A stretch of 64,000 nucleotides of DNA from Longimicrobiales bacterium (GCA_965198065.1 CBDAON010000004.1:1024001-1088000); one strand, 5' to 3'; counted from the stretch's first letter, positions 9,420 to 19,666 are shown. Translations and numbers: made by a program. Notes: generated by a model not told the origin, from the letters alone.

Positions 9420-9870
9420 TCGGCCACTCGCGCTGGATCGCCTCGGCCCTGCCGAATCAGGCGAGCGACCGCGACCCTGCGAACGTTATCGGCTCCCGTC
9501 GTGGGAAGCGCCTCGAAGAACCGAGTCACACCCGGGACTCTTTGTTCCGCCAGCGTTCGGCGGCACCGCTCCCGGAGCTCCTCGACCGTTACGATCGCCC
9601 CCTCCACGGGGCACCACGGAGGCACAGACCGCTTCCGCCAGCAGCTCATCCTCGACACCGACGACCACCGCCTCCTTCACCGCCGGATGAGCTTCTAGCC
9701 GGTCTTCCACCTCCCGCCGGATAGACGTTCGAACAACCGCGAATGATAACGTCCTTGGGCCGCCCCACCAAATGGCCCTACCCCCACCGCTCGTCCACGA
9801 CTCCGAGGTCTCCGATGCGGAAGAACCCCTCCGGATCCACCGCGCAGTCAGAGAAAGCGCGGGGAACCGT
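9420..9870 (-). pseudogene. Degenerate C-terminal fragment of an AMP-binding (acyl-CoA synthetase) gene
   Basis: Reads DPEGFFRIGDLGVVDERWG*GHLVGRPKDVIIRGCSNVYP / EVEDRLEAHPAVKEAVVVGVEDELLAEAVCASVVP / VEGAIVTVEELRERCRRTLA..LPTTGADNVRR: one in-frame TAG (9778-9780), two frameshifts, N-terminus absent. Confidence 0.85.
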
Positions 9871-9914
9871 CAGGCGGCGCGAGCGCTCGATGGGCGCCAT
9901 GTCGCCTGCAGCAG

Positions 9915-11066
9915 TCAAGGGTGGTGCGGGTCGGAAGGGGCACCCTCGAGGAGCTCGCATACGACACGCGGATCCACCGAATGGCTCCAGTCTTCCCCGG
10001 GCGCGACCGATCCCATGTCCTCGAGCAGCACGTACCGTGCCTGGCCGCCCCTCCCCTTCTTGTCGCTGGACACGAGGGAAAGCAAGCGGTCGGAGTCGGA
10101 ACGGCCGTCCACGCCGACGGGCAGCTCGACGGCCTCGAGCGCCGACTCGATCGTCTCGGCCACGCCTCGGCGCGTCACCCCGAGCCTCTCCCCCAACCTG
10201 GCTTCGAGCACCATCCCGAGCGCGACAGCGTTCCCGTGACGGATCCGAAAGTGCGACGCCGCCTCGATGGCGTGTCCGAGCGTATGCCCGAAATTTAGGA
10301 TCTGTCGGAGTCCGGACTCGCGCTCGTCCCGGCTCACGACGCCCGCCTTGATCTGGACGGACCTGGCCACCATCCAAGTGGTTGCGGCCGGGTCTCCGTC
10401 GAGGAGGTCCGCGGCTCGCGCCTCGATCTCGCGGAAGTACTCGCCGTCCAGGATCGCCCCGTGCTTCACCGCCTCGGCTAGCCCCTGGCTCCGCTCCTCC
10501 CTCGGGAGGGTCCCGGCGATCTCGGTGTCGGCGAGCACGAAGCGCGGCGGATGGAACGATCCCACCAAGTTCTTTCCGGCAGGCACATCCACCCCGGTCT
10601 TTCCCCCAACCGCGGAATCGACCATCGCCACGAGCGACGTCGGGAGCTGCACAACGGGGATCCCGCGCATGTACGTCGCGGCCACGAATCCCGCCAGGTC
10701 TCCCGTAACCCCTCCCCCCAGCGCGACCACACAGCCGTCGCGTCCCACGCCCGCGGCGAGGAGCTCGTCGGTGAGCCGGCTCCACTCGGCTCGACTCTTG
10801 TGCTCCTCGCCCTCCGGGAACGTGTGGGCGCTCACCGCGCCGGCCGTGGAAATCAGCGAGAGCACGCGCTCCCCGTGGTGCGCGAACACGCGGGTATCGG
10901 AGATCAGTGCGTACCGGTGGGCTCTGACGTGGCTCTCGAGGAGCTCCGCCAGCTCCTCCACGACCCCCTCGCCGACTCTCACCGGGTACGATCCCCCGCT
11001 CGCGGTGCGAACCGTTACTTCGGTACCGTGCTCGGGGGGTCGGGACGTCTCGTCCTTTGCGGTCAC
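9915..11066 (-). CDS. aroB: 3-dehydroquinate synthase
   Basis: GGGVTGDLAGF, PTSLVAMVDSAVGGKTG, LNFGHTLGHAIE, HGNAV; GTG 11066 overlaps the folK stop. Confidence 0.95.
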   Translation of the reverse strand: MTAKDETSRPPEHGTEVTVRTASGGSYPVRVGEGVVEELAELLESHVRAHRYALISDTRVFAHHGERVLSLISTAGAVSAHTFPEGEEHKSRAEWSRLTDELLAAGVGRDGCVVALGGGVTGDLAGFVAATYMRGIPVVQLPTSLVAMVDSAVGGKTGVDVPAGKNLVGSFHPPRFVLADTEIAGTLPREERSQGLAEAVKHGAILDGEYFREIEARAADLLDGDPAATTWMVARSVQIKAGVVSRDERESGLRQILNFGHTLGHAIEAASHFRIRHGNAVALGMVLEARLGERLGVTRRGVAETIESALEAVELPVGVDGRSDSDRLLSLVSSDKKGRGGQARYVLLEDMGSVAPGEDWSHSVDPRVVCELLEGAPSDPHHP

Positions 11067-11635
11067 CCTTTTCCCTCTTCCCGCGGGAGATCCCCGATCG
11101 GAGCCACCTCGCGTAGCGCTCCCAGACGCGCGTCGTCCGGGATGACCTCGGCCACCGGACGACCCGAGCGCGGATCCGTGAGATCGCCCGCGACCTCGCG
11201 AAGGAGCCCGTACACGAACGGACGCTCCCACCACCGGGGGTGGGGAACCGTGAGCTCCGGCTCGTCGCACACGAGTTCCCCGAAGAAGAGAAGGTCCACG
11301 TCGAGGGTCCGAGCTCCGTAGCGCACCCCCCGCTTCCGGCCCCTCTCTTCCTCGGCCTCCCCGGCGATCCGAAGGAGGTCCCGCGCGGTACGCCGCGTGC
11401 GCCCTCTCACCACGACGTTCAGGTACGGGCCCTGGGGCACCGGCCCCCACGGCTCCGACTCCACGACGCGGGATACCGCCTCGATCTCCAGGCGCTCCTC
11501 GAGGAAGCGCAGCCCGGCCCGGAGGTGGGCCCGCCGATCCCCGAGGTTCGACCCCAGGGACAGGAGGAACGGAGTGCCTTCGGGCGTGGGTGAGCCGCCC
11601 GACGCCCCGGTTTCCGGCCCCGATCGGACCATCAC
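11063..11635 (-). CDS. folK: 2-amino-4-hydroxy-6-hydroxymethyldihydropteridine diphosphokinase
   Basis: LSLGSNLGDR, YLNVV, ARTLDVDLL, LTVPHPR. Confidence 0.93.
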   Translation of the reverse strand: MMVRSGPETGASGGSPTPEGTPFLLSLGSNLGDRRAHLRAGLRFLEERLEIEAVSRVVESEPWGPVPQGPYLNVVVRGRTRRTARDLLRIAGEAEEERGRKRGVRYGARTLDVDLLFFGELVCDEPELTVPHPRWWERPFVYGLLREVAGDLTDPRSGRPVAEVIPDDARLGALREVAPIGDLPREEGKG

Positions 11636-12099
11636 CGCGCGTCGCCCTCCGCCACTCGTCCGTACCAGTCCCTGACCCGGACGACGTCGTCCAGGTGAGC
11701 CGTAGACGCCTCGAGCAGCGTTGAGTCCTTCACCGCCTCGAGGCGGTGGAGCACGCCCGGAAGCACGCGCACGCTCTTCCCCTCGCGCAGGTCCACGGGC
11801 TCCAAGCTTTGGACGCCGGACCCGAGCTCAAGCACGATCTCTCCCGTAAGGAGGAACAGGGTCTCGTCCTTCTCCTCGTGAAACTGCAGGGAGAGGGCCT
11901 CGCCGGCCCGCACGAACAGGAGCTTCCCCACGTAGTCGTCAGTCTCGGCCCAGATCAGCTCATACCCCCAGGGCTTCTCCACCCTACGGGGCGTCACGAC
12001 GGCCGAGGTCGGCGCCCACTGCCCGGAGCCCTGGACCTCCTCCGGCGTCCCTAGCCTCCCCCCCGGCCCCACTCGGTCCGGCACCGGTTTGGCCGACAT
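11632..12099 (-). CDS. Cupin domain protein (mannose-6-phosphate isomerase type II C-terminal-like)
   Basis: VEKPWGYE, LSLQFHEEKDET, HRLEA, EAST..DDVVRVRDWYGR; start uncertain (12099 or 12162). Confidence 0.85.
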   Translation of the reverse strand: MSAKPVPDRVGPGGRLGTPEEVQGSGQWAPTSAVVTPRRVEKPWGYELIWAETDDYVGKLLFVRAGEALSLQFHEEKDETLFLLTGEIVLELGSGVQSLEPVDLREGKSVRVLPGVLHRLEAVKDSTLLEASTAHLDDVVRVRDWYGRVAEGDAR

Positions 12100-12346
12100 C
12101 GCCCCCCCCTCTGAATGGACTTCCGGCTGGACCTCGAGCCGTCGTTCAAGCTCGATACCCACAGCCCGAGGGCCGCCCCCCGAGCCACGGCCCGACGACC
12201 GCCACGCACCGAGCCACGCCCCGGTTTCCTCAGTAACTAACGCGCCGGCCGGCGCTCTTCTTTCGGATCGCTGAGTGTGCGGAATCGCCCAGGTCGGGGT
12301 CGGCGAGACGGATTGGACTCGGCGTGGTGGCGTCCCGCGCTCCGGC

Positions 12347-13789
12347 TTAGCGCCAGCTTCCCACCGCCTGGCCCGCGGGACACGCGTCTCCCGGTGAGCT
12401 CAGGTTCGGGTTGCGGTCCAACTCGTCCAGGTGCATCGGGTAGGCGATATCGTCTCCTCCCGCCGGCCTCACGGGGGGAAACAGGTCGATGCTCGCCACC
12501 GGGTCCAGCCGGAGCCTCCTAGCCGTCGTATGCCGATCGCCGGTCAGCCAAAGCTCCCGTGCCCGCTCGTCCGCGACCCGCTTCAGGTCCGCCGCGAGGT
12601 TGCCCGAAAGCTCGATCGGTAGGAGGACGCTGTCCTCCTCGGGTAGCTCCACCCGCCAGCGGAGCGCCGCGCGCTCGCTGTAGTCGCTCCGGAGGTCGTT
12701 CAGGAGCGCCTGGGCGCCCCCGGTGTCGCCGCTTCGGACGGCCGCTTCGGCGCGGATCAGCACGGCCTCCACCCCCGACGCCATCAGCACGTCGCTCTCG
12801 GGGCGACTGTAGAGCGTCTGGAGAACGACCGGAAACGACGCCGACGACTGCGCCCGAAACCCCTCCGGTCGATCGCGTAGGAGGTTCAGCGCCAGAAACT
12901 GATCCAGGTGCTCCCAGCGCTCACCCGCCGCTTCCTGCTGGAGGGATCCGTCTCCGACGGTCCAGCGGATCAGCTCCGTGTCACCCCACGTGAGCGCATA
13001 GACCTCGTTGTACTGGCTCGGGTTGTTCTGCGAGTACTCGGACCAGTACACGAAGTCGCGATCGACCTGAGCCGCGAGCGCCGCCGCCTGCTGGTAGCTC
13101 CACCGCCAGAGGTGCGCGCGGGCCTGCCCCACGATCGCCGCGAGCCTCACGTCGTCCAGATCGATCTCCGCGGCGCGGGCCTCGGCCTCCTGGAGGACCG
13201 TGATCACCTGCTGCATCCGAGCATCCGGCAGGAGCGGGGCCGGCTCGAAAGCCATCCCCGTTAGGATGCTCCAGCAGTAGAGCTCAGCCAACCAGATCCT
13301 CGAGTACCCTCCGTAGAGTTTCCCGAGCGCGATTCCCTCGCGAAGCTCGTCCAGGGCCTCCTCGAAGCGTGGGTCCGACAGCCTCGCCTCCAGCTGGACG
13401 AGGGTCGTGTCGGCCTGGAATCGGGTGAGGTGTAGCCCCCCGTAGATGCCCGACAGTGCCAAACTGCCCGGCGGGATCCGCCTGGCGTCCACCTGCAATC
13501 GGTCGGAGAACGTTCCGGCGGACACCATCTCGTCCGTGAGGAGCCCCGAGTAGAGAGCGATGTTGTCCACCGTCTCGTGATAGTTCCCGACCATCCCCCT
13601 CACCAGAGCGGAGATCCCCCCGGGCCCGGCAGCCTCGAGGTCTCCCGGTAGGACGACGGCCGAGTCGTCCACGTCGAGCACGCCCTCGCAGCCCACGGTG
13701 AGGATGACTCCCAGAAAGGCCAGGATCCCCGACGGGCCACTCGGGCGTCGCCCGAATCTCGGTGTCTTCCGCACGCTTCCCTCCGCCAT
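12347..13789 (-). CDS. RagB/SusD-like nutrient-uptake lipoprotein
   Basis: Lipobox ILTVGC, TDEM, EAVLIRAEAA, ERARELWLTGDR, terminal YP...ELDRNPNL; directly downstream of the susC-like gene. Confidence 0.85.
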   Translation of the reverse strand: MAEGSVRKTPRFGRRPSGPSGILAFLGVILTVGCEGVLDVDDSAVVLPGDLEAAGPGGISALVRGMVGNYHETVDNIALYSGLLTDEMVSAGTFSDRLQVDARRIPPGSLALSGIYGGLHLTRFQADTTLVQLEARLSDPRFEEALDELREGIALGKLYGGYSRIWLAELYCWSILTGMAFEPAPLLPDARMQQVITVLQEAEARAAEIDLDDVRLAAIVGQARAHLWRWSYQQAAALAAQVDRDFVYWSEYSQNNPSQYNEVYALTWGDTELIRWTVGDGSLQQEAAGERWEHLDQFLALNLLRDRPEGFRAQSSASFPVVLQTLYSRPESDVLMASGVEAVLIRAEAAVRSGDTGGAQALLNDLRSDYSERAALRWRVELPEEDSVLLPIELSGNLAADLKRVADERARELWLTGDRHTTARRLRLDPVASIDLFPPVRPAGGDDIAYPMHLDELDRNPNLSSPGDACPAGQAVGSWR

Positions 13790-13794
13790 CGGGT

Positions 13795-16700
13795 TCAAAA
13801 CGTGATCTCTAAGCGACCGGTGACGCGCTTGGCGGGGGGTAGGGACAGGAAGTCCAGGCGGAGGCTCTGGGACGGCCCGGCCGAGTTCACCTCCGGATCG
13901 AGGCCCGTGTAGTTGGTGAAGAGAGCCACGTTCTCGGCCTGGAGAGTGAAGCTCGCCCGGGTCCCTCCGATCCGGCTCGCCCATGCTTCCGGTATGTCGA
14001 AGCGCGCGGACACAGTCCGGAGCCTCGCGAAATCCGCGTCCTCGACCCAGGGGGCGTACTGGATGTCCTCCGCGGCGGCGACCTTGATCCTCGCCGCGTC
14101 CGTGCATCCACCGTCCCGGTCCCTCTCGTAGATCTCGGGGCAGATGCCGATGTACGGGGCCTGCGAGCTTCCGGTCAGATATCCGCACCGGAACTCCTCC
14201 GTGCTGTTGAACTGCTGGTGCCCGCCGGCGAAGCCGAGGTTCGCGTACAGCGACAGCCACCCGAAGAGGGTGAGAGTACTGGAAAGGGACCCCTCCCACT
14301 CGGGCGTGGGATGCCCGACGAAGACCGGCTCCTCCGTGGACTGGACGTTTCCGTTCTCGCCGATCCAATAATCCCGGCTGAAATACGCCCCGTACGGATA
14401 TCCTTCCTGGTGCCGCTGGCTGTCCCCGTTGACCCCGTAGATGATGGGCTCATCCAGCTTGGTGATCTTCCCCTTGACGGTGGAGAGGTTGAGCTGCCAG
14501 TCCCACTGGAGCCGGGGACCGCTGAGCGCCGCCGCGTAGAGGGCGAGCTCCGTCCCCGTGTTCTCGGTCTCTCCGATGTTGGTCGCGAGGGCGGCCAGGT
14601 ACCCGGTGGATGGAGCCAGCTGTCGAAAGACGATGGCGTCCACGGCCACCTTCTTGAACCAGGTGAAGTCGAGTCCGAGGCGACCGTCCAGGAGGTCGGC
14701 TTCGAAGCCGAGCTCCAGCTCACGTCCCTTCTCGGGCTTGAGCTCCGGGTTCCCCGGCTGGGTCAGGACCACTCCCGCGTCGTCTTCGTCCCGGAACGTG
14801 ACCCGGCGGGTGCCGAGCACCGCCACGGGAGCGAAGGCGGAGGGGTGCTTTCCGGACCGCCCCCAAGCACCCCGAACACGGAGGGACTCTACGAAGGACC
14901 CCGGCACGAAATCCTGGAACCAGCTCTCTTCGCTCACAACATACGAGGCCATGACCCTCGGGTAAGCCTGGAGGCCGAGGTTCTCGCCCTCCGCCGTGTT
15001 GTCGTCCACTCGAATGGCCGGGGTGACGAAGAGTCGGTCGCTGAAGGCGAGCTGCTCCTCTAGGTAGAACCCGAGCTTCCGGGACTCGCCCAGCCCCTCG
15101 AAGCCCTCCGTCGTCACCGCGCTCGACACGACCTTGGTCCCCGGCGGTAGGATACGTCCGACCGAGGCCGCGGACGTGGCCCGCTGGAGGAGGAACTGAA
15201 CCCCTACCGAGGTCGTCGAGCGGAGGCTCGGGGAGATCTCGAATGCCGCGACGACGTCACCCTGCATCGTGAGGTCGCGCACCAGGAGGCTCCCGATGTT
15301 CCGAAACCCGCGGGACAACTCGTCAAACGGGCGCTCGGGATCCACCGGGACGAACGAGCCGCTCTGGTCCGAGTATTGGTCGTAGCCGAGCGTGCCCCTC
15401 GCCGAGAGGAGGCCGAGGGGACGGTACTCGAGCGTCGCGCTCCCGGTGAAGCGCTCCACGTGCTGGCGATTCTCGAGCGTCGCCACGTCCTCGAACGTTC
15501 GCTCCGAGAAAAACGGGTTCTCCTGACACCCGAAGGTTCCAAGCGGCTGGAACGTGACCCGGGAGAACTCGTAGTCGATCGCGCACGTAGCCACGTCGCG
15601 CTCTCCGGTCACCGGATCGTCACGCCGCAGCGGCAGCTCCCACGGCGGCGCGACCAGACCTACCCCGATGTAGCCGAAGGAGTTGTTGTCGTTGTCCGGG
15701 AGGGCGAGCTCGGTGGTCCCGAACCAAGTGGACACCGCGATGTCGGTGTTCTCCGACAGCGCGAGGTTGAAGTTCGCGCGCGCGCTTCGCCGGGTCTCCT
15801 CGTTGTTGGGGAGACTCCCCTCCCGATGCTCCCAGCTCCCCGACAGGAAATACGTGGCCTGGTCCATCCCCCCGCGAACCGAGCCGCCGAGCGCCTGCTC
15901 CCGGCCCGTGCGCCAGGGGCTGAGATTGGTACCGAGCCCCTCCAGGAGGTTCATCCGATAGAGGGTGTCCGGAGCGGCGTCTGACAGGGACCTCGCGTGG
16001 AACACGTTGTCCGGCCACGCCGTGTCGTCCCAGTTCGAGCCGGTCTCGGAGAAGAAGGTCCACTGGGCCGGCGCGCCGGGCCGGCCCCGTTTCGTGGTGA
16101 TCCGGATAACGCCGGCCGCCGCCTCTGTGCCGTAGAGGGTAGCCGCCGAGGGTCCCTTCGCGATCTCGATAGACTCGATGTCGTCCAGGTTCAGGTCGTC
16201 CAACCGACTCGCGGCCTGCCCTCCAACCCCCGGCCCGGAGGCGTCGGAGTTAGAGACGCGCACACCGTCAACGTAGATGAGCGGAGTATTGTTCAGGTTG
16301 ATGGACGTGTTTCCTCGGATCTTGATTGTGGACGCCGTTCCGACGCTTCCTGCCCCCTGCAGGATCGTGACCCCAGGGGCGCGCCCCTGAAGGAGGCTCG
16401 TGACCGTCACCGGGACCACACGTTCCAACTCGCGCGCGACCTGCACGGCGGCGGTCCCGCTCCCGACCTCCCGGCGCCGCCGGAGGCCGGTGGCCGTGAC
16501 GACCAGGGCGTCCAACGCGACAGCCGAAACGGAGAGAGGGAAGTCCGCGGTTGTAACCTGGCCGGCCGCGACCTCCACGGCGCGCGTCATCGGGGAGTAG
16601 CCGAGCCGCACGACCCGTACCTCCACGACACCGGCGGGAACTCCGTCCAGCCGGAACTGGCCCTGGGCGTTCGTCTGAGCGTTCAGTGGCGTATCGGGAA

Positions 16701-16893
16701 CGAATACCTGGACCGCGGGGAGGGGCTCACTTGTGTCCACGTCCGTCACGGTCCCCGCCACGGACCCCGTCTGCTGCGCGGAAACGAACACAGGGAGGAG
16801 CGGAGCGAGCAGCAGCCCGAGCAACAGCCCCAGGCCTTGCGAGGCCGCCGGGGAACGCCTGGAGGATCTCTCGAAACCACCCTTCCGAGCCAT
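13795..16893 (-). CDS. SusC/RagA-like TonB-dependent receptor
   Basis: N-terminal CarboxypepD_reg-like domain, PLIYVDGVR, IESIEIAKGPSAATLYGTEAAAGVIRITTK, GNPELKPE, YTGLDPEV, C-terminal Phe. Confidence 0.93.
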   Translation of the reverse strand: MARKGGFERSSRRSPAASQGLGLLLGLLLAPLLPVFVSAQQTGSVAGTVTDVDTSEPLPAVQVFVPDTPLNAQTNAQGQFRLDGVPAGVVEVRVVRLGYSPMTRAVEVAAGQVTTADFPLSVSAVALDALVVTATGLRRRREVGSGTAAVQVARELERVVPVTVTSLLQGRAPGVTILQGAGSVGTASTIKIRGNTSINLNNTPLIYVDGVRVSNSDASGPGVGGQAASRLDDLNLDDIESIEIAKGPSAATLYGTEAAAGVIRITTKRGRPGAPAQWTFFSETGSNWDDTAWPDNVFHARSLSDAAPDTLYRMNLLEGLGTNLSPWRTGREQALGGSVRGGMDQATYFLSGSWEHREGSLPNNEETRRSARANFNLALSENTDIAVSTWFGTTELALPDNDNNSFGYIGVGLVAPPWELPLRRDDPVTGERDVATCAIDYEFSRVTFQPLGTFGCQENPFFSERTFEDVATLENRQHVERFTGSATLEYRPLGLLSARGTLGYDQYSDQSGSFVPVDPERPFDELSRGFRNIGSLLVRDLTMQGDVVAAFEISPSLRSTTSVGVQFLLQRATSAASVGRILPPGTKVVSSAVTTEGFEGLGESRKLGFYLEEQLAFSDRLFVTPAIRVDDNTAEGENLGLQAYPRVMASYVVSEESWFQDFVPGSFVESLRVRGAWGRSGKHPSAFAPVAVLGTRRVTFRDEDDAGVVLTQPGNPELKPEKGRELELGFEADLLDGRLGLDFTWFKKVAVDAIVFRQLAPSTGYLAALATNIGETENTGTELALYAAALSGPRLQWDWQLNLSTVKGKITKLDEPIIYGVNGDSQRHQEGYPYGAYFSRDYWIGENGNVQSTEEPVFVGHPTPEWEGSLSSTLTLFGWLSLYANLGFAGGHQQFNSTEEFRCGYLTGSSQAPYIGICPEIYERDRDGGCTDAARIKVAAAEDIQYAPWVEDADFARLRTVSARFDIPEAWASRIGGTRASFTLQAENVALFTNYTGLDPEVNSAGPSQSLRLDFLSLPPAKRVTGRLEITF

Positions 16894-17047
16894 GGGCTTC
16901 GCTCCTGGGTCGCGTCCGGGCCGGGTCTCTACGAGTGGCCGCCAGGCGAGAGGCGCGGGACCGGGAATCCCAACGGCCGTCGCACCGCAGGCCGGTCGGC
17001 CGCCATCCGTTCCACGCGAGGTTGAATTGAGGTTGGGCTCCCACCGT

Positions 17048-17076
17048 TTGTCAAGACATCGGGCCCACCGTATAAC
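17048..17076 (+). promoter_or_regulatory. Sigma70-type promoter for PBP1A (TTGTCA-17-TATAAC); overlaps a divergent TTGACA -35 facing susC
   Basis: TTGTCA 17048-17053, 17-nt spacer, TATAAC 17071-17076; minus-strand TTGACA at 17054-17049. Confidence 0.65.
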
Positions 17077-17192
17077 TAGTGGTAACTCGGGATCCCGATG
17101 TAAGGTTCCCCCGACGTCGCCGGCCAGCCGTCCTCACCGGAACGGACCCACTCGACCGGCCGAGGGGTACCCGTGAGCGTCATGCCGGCAGG

Positions 17193-19409
17193 ATGCCCGA
17201 GGGAGACATAAGCTTGGGGAAGTCGTCGGGAAAGTGGGCCTCGGCCGGGGCGGCGGTCGTCCGGAACCGATGGCTGTGGGCCGCGGTGGTCTTCTGCGCG
17301 GCCGTCGCCGGGGGCTTCGGCTTCGGTGCGTGGCGCAACTTGTGCGCCGATTGTCCCTCCATCGCGCAGATCCACACCTGGGAGCCGCAGGAAACGTCCA
17401 AGGTGCTGAGCCATGACGGGCGGCTCATCACGGAGCTCGGGATCGAGCGCCGCACTGCGGTCACGATCGCGTCGCTCCCCCCGCACGTGCCCCAGGCCTT
17501 CGTCGCGATCGAGGATCGACGGTTCTACAAGCACCGTGGGTTCGACCCCCGTGCCTTCGCGCGTGCCGTCGCGACGCGCCTCATTCCCACGTCGCTCGTC
17601 CGAGCGGTGACTGGAGTGTCGCTCCGCACGGGCGGCGCGAGCACGATCACGCAGCAGCTGGCCCGGAACACGTTCGTCGAGGCCATCGGCTTCGACGTCA
17701 GCCTCACCCGGAAGGCCAAGGAGATCCAGGTCGCCCTCGAGATCGAGCGGGTGTACGCGAAGGAGCAGATCCTCGAAGCCTACATGAACCAGATCAACCT
17801 GGGCCCGGGCTGGTGGGGCATCCAGACGGCTTCGCTGAACTATTTCGGGAAGGAGGCGGTCCAGCTGAACGTCGCGGAGGCCGCGACGCTGGCGGCCGTC
17901 GCGAATCGACCCGGGACCTACTCCCCGTTCCTGAACCCGGAAAACGCCCTCTCGCGTAGGAACCAGGTCCTCGACCGGATGGCGGTCGAGGGGTTCTTGA
18001 CGGAGGAAGAGGCCGAGGAATGGAAGGCGCACCCCCTTCCCACCGAGCGGGCCCTCGTGTCGGAGGGCTCCGCCCCCTACTTCGTCGAGCTGGTGCGCCA
18101 GGTTCTGCAGCCCCGGTTTGGGAACCTGCTCTATACCGGGGGCCTCATCATCTACACTACGCTCGACGTGGAGATGCAACGGGCGGCCGAAAGGGCCATG
18201 GACCAGGGGTTCGAGTCCATCGAGAGCCGTCTCGGGAATACCTACCCCCGGTATGCGGACTTCGCCGACCAGACCGAGCCGTTCGAGGAGACCAGTTCAC
18301 CGTACGTCCAGGGCGCGTTTGTAGCGGTGGATCCGCTGACTGGGGCGATTCGGGCGCTGATCGGAGGCCGCGACTTCGATCAATCCAAGTTCAACCGGGT
18401 CACGCAGGCACGGCGGCAGGCCGGTTCCTCGTTCAAGTCATTCGTGTACCTGTCCGCGCTGGCGCAGCGGATTCCGCCCTCCCGGATCATCGCGGACCGC
18501 CCGTACGAGCACCGTGAGGTGACGGGCGAGATCTGGAGCCCCGAAAACTTCTCGGGCGACTTCCAGGGCGAGATGACGCTCCGACGGGCCTACCGGGAGT
18601 CGATCAACACGGTAGCCGTCTGGCTCGGTGACGAGGTTGGGTGGGAGACGATCTCGCAGACCGCGCAGAGCTTCGGCATCAGGACACCTATCCCCCGCGT
18701 GCCGTCCATCGCGGTGGGCTCAGCCGACGTGACACCCATGCAGATGACCGAGGCCTACTCGGTCTTCGCCACGCTCGGGACGCGCGTAGAGCCGAACCCG
18801 ATCCTCCGCGTCGAGAGCGCCGAGGGCAACGTTCTCTGGGAGCCGGACCCAATCCGGAGTCAGGTCATGGACCGCCTCACGACCAGGCTGATGGTCACGC
18901 TCATGGAGGACGTCGTGAACTCCGGCACCGGCGTCGCGATCCGGAGCGTCGCCGGGCTCCCCTACGAGATCCCGGCCGCCGGGAAAACCGGCACGACGAA
19001 CGAGTCCACGAACCTTTGGTTCGTGGGGTTCACGCCCAACCTCCAGGCCACAGTCTGGTTCGGATTCGACGAGCTGAAGACGCTCTACCAGGGGGCTACC
19101 AGCGGGGAGGCCACCCGCGTGTGGGGCTACTTCATGCGCGAGGTCTACTACGGGGATATGTACGTGGACGAGTTCACGGACGGAGACACCGGGGTGAACC
19201 CATTGCTCCCCATCCCCGAGCGCTGGCCGCGCGATGGGCTCGTCACGGTCGAGGTGGACAGCGACACCGGCCTGCTCGCGTCCGAGTGGTGCCCATTGGA
19301 GCGGAGGTATCTGGAGTACTTCCTGCCGGGCACGGAGCCCACGGAGCCGTGCGACGAGGCCGCGCAGGGCCAGCCCGGACGCCGATTCCGGTTCTTCGGA
19401 GGGAGGTAA
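17193..19409 (+). CDS. mrcA: Class A penicillin-binding protein (PBP1A family)
   Basis: TM anchor; EDRRFYKHRG, GASTITQQLARN, RKAKE (transglycosylase); SSFK, SIN, KTG (transpeptidase). Confidence 0.9.
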   Translation: MPEGDISLGKSSGKWASAGAAVVRNRWLWAAVVFCAAVAGGFGFGAWRNLCADCPSIAQIHTWEPQETSKVLSHDGRLITELGIERRTAVTIASLPPHVPQAFVAIEDRRFYKHRGFDPRAFARAVATRLIPTSLVRAVTGVSLRTGGASTITQQLARNTFVEAIGFDVSLTRKAKEIQVALEIERVYAKEQILEAYMNQINLGPGWWGIQTASLNYFGKEAVQLNVAEAATLAAVANRPGTYSPFLNPENALSRRNQVLDRMAVEGFLTEEEAEEWKAHPLPTERALVSEGSAPYFVELVRQVLQPRFGNLLYTGGLIIYTTLDVEMQRAAERAMDQGFESIESRLGNTYPRYADFADQTEPFEETSSPYVQGAFVAVDPLTGAIRALIGGRDFDQSKFNRVTQARRQAGSSFKSFVYLSALAQRIPPSRIIADRPYEHREVTGEIWSPENFSGDFQGEMTLRRAYRESINTVAVWLGDEVGWETISQTAQSFGIRTPIPRVPSIAVGSADVTPMQMTEAYSVFATLGTRVEPNPILRVESAEGNVLWEPDPIRSQVMDRLTTRLMVTLMEDVVNSGTGVAIRSVAGLPYEIPAAGKTGTTNESTNLWFVGFTPNLQATVWFGFDELKTLYQGATSGEATRVWGYFMREVYYGDMYVDEFTDGDTGVNPLLPIPERWPRDGLVTVEVDSDTGLLASEWCPLERRYLEYFLPGTEPTEPCDEAAQGQPGRRFRFFGGR

Positions 19410-19414
19410 CGCCG

Positions 19415-19666
19415 TTACCTCTGGCGCTTACGGGCCCCGTCCAGCACTTCCTCGACCCGATTCCGAACGTCGCCCGCGACCTCGTCCCAGCGGTCGTTAG
19501 CGGTCTCCTTCAGGTCCCCGGCGGCTCGCTGGAGCCTCCGTCGGGTCTTCTTCCCGGACTCGGGGGCGACGAGGAGCGCGACTGCCGCTCCGATCGCCAC
19601 CCCGCAGACGAGCCCGGAGAGGAAGGGAATCATCTGCCCGGCACTTTCGTCGTGGATCTCCTGCAT
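19415..19666 (-). CDS. YtxH domain protein
   Basis: FLSGLVCGVAIGAAVALLVAPESGKKTRRRL; GGAGG RBS. Confidence 0.85.
   Translation of the reverse strand: MQEIHDESAGQMIPFLSGLVCGVAIGAAVALLVAPESGKKTRRRLQRAAGDLKETANDRWDEVAGDVRNRVEEVLDGARKRQR

Noticed and set aside
12179..12219. CCGAGCCACG repeated upstream of the cupin gene
   Set aside because: Only two 10-nt copies; not a CRISPR or iteron array
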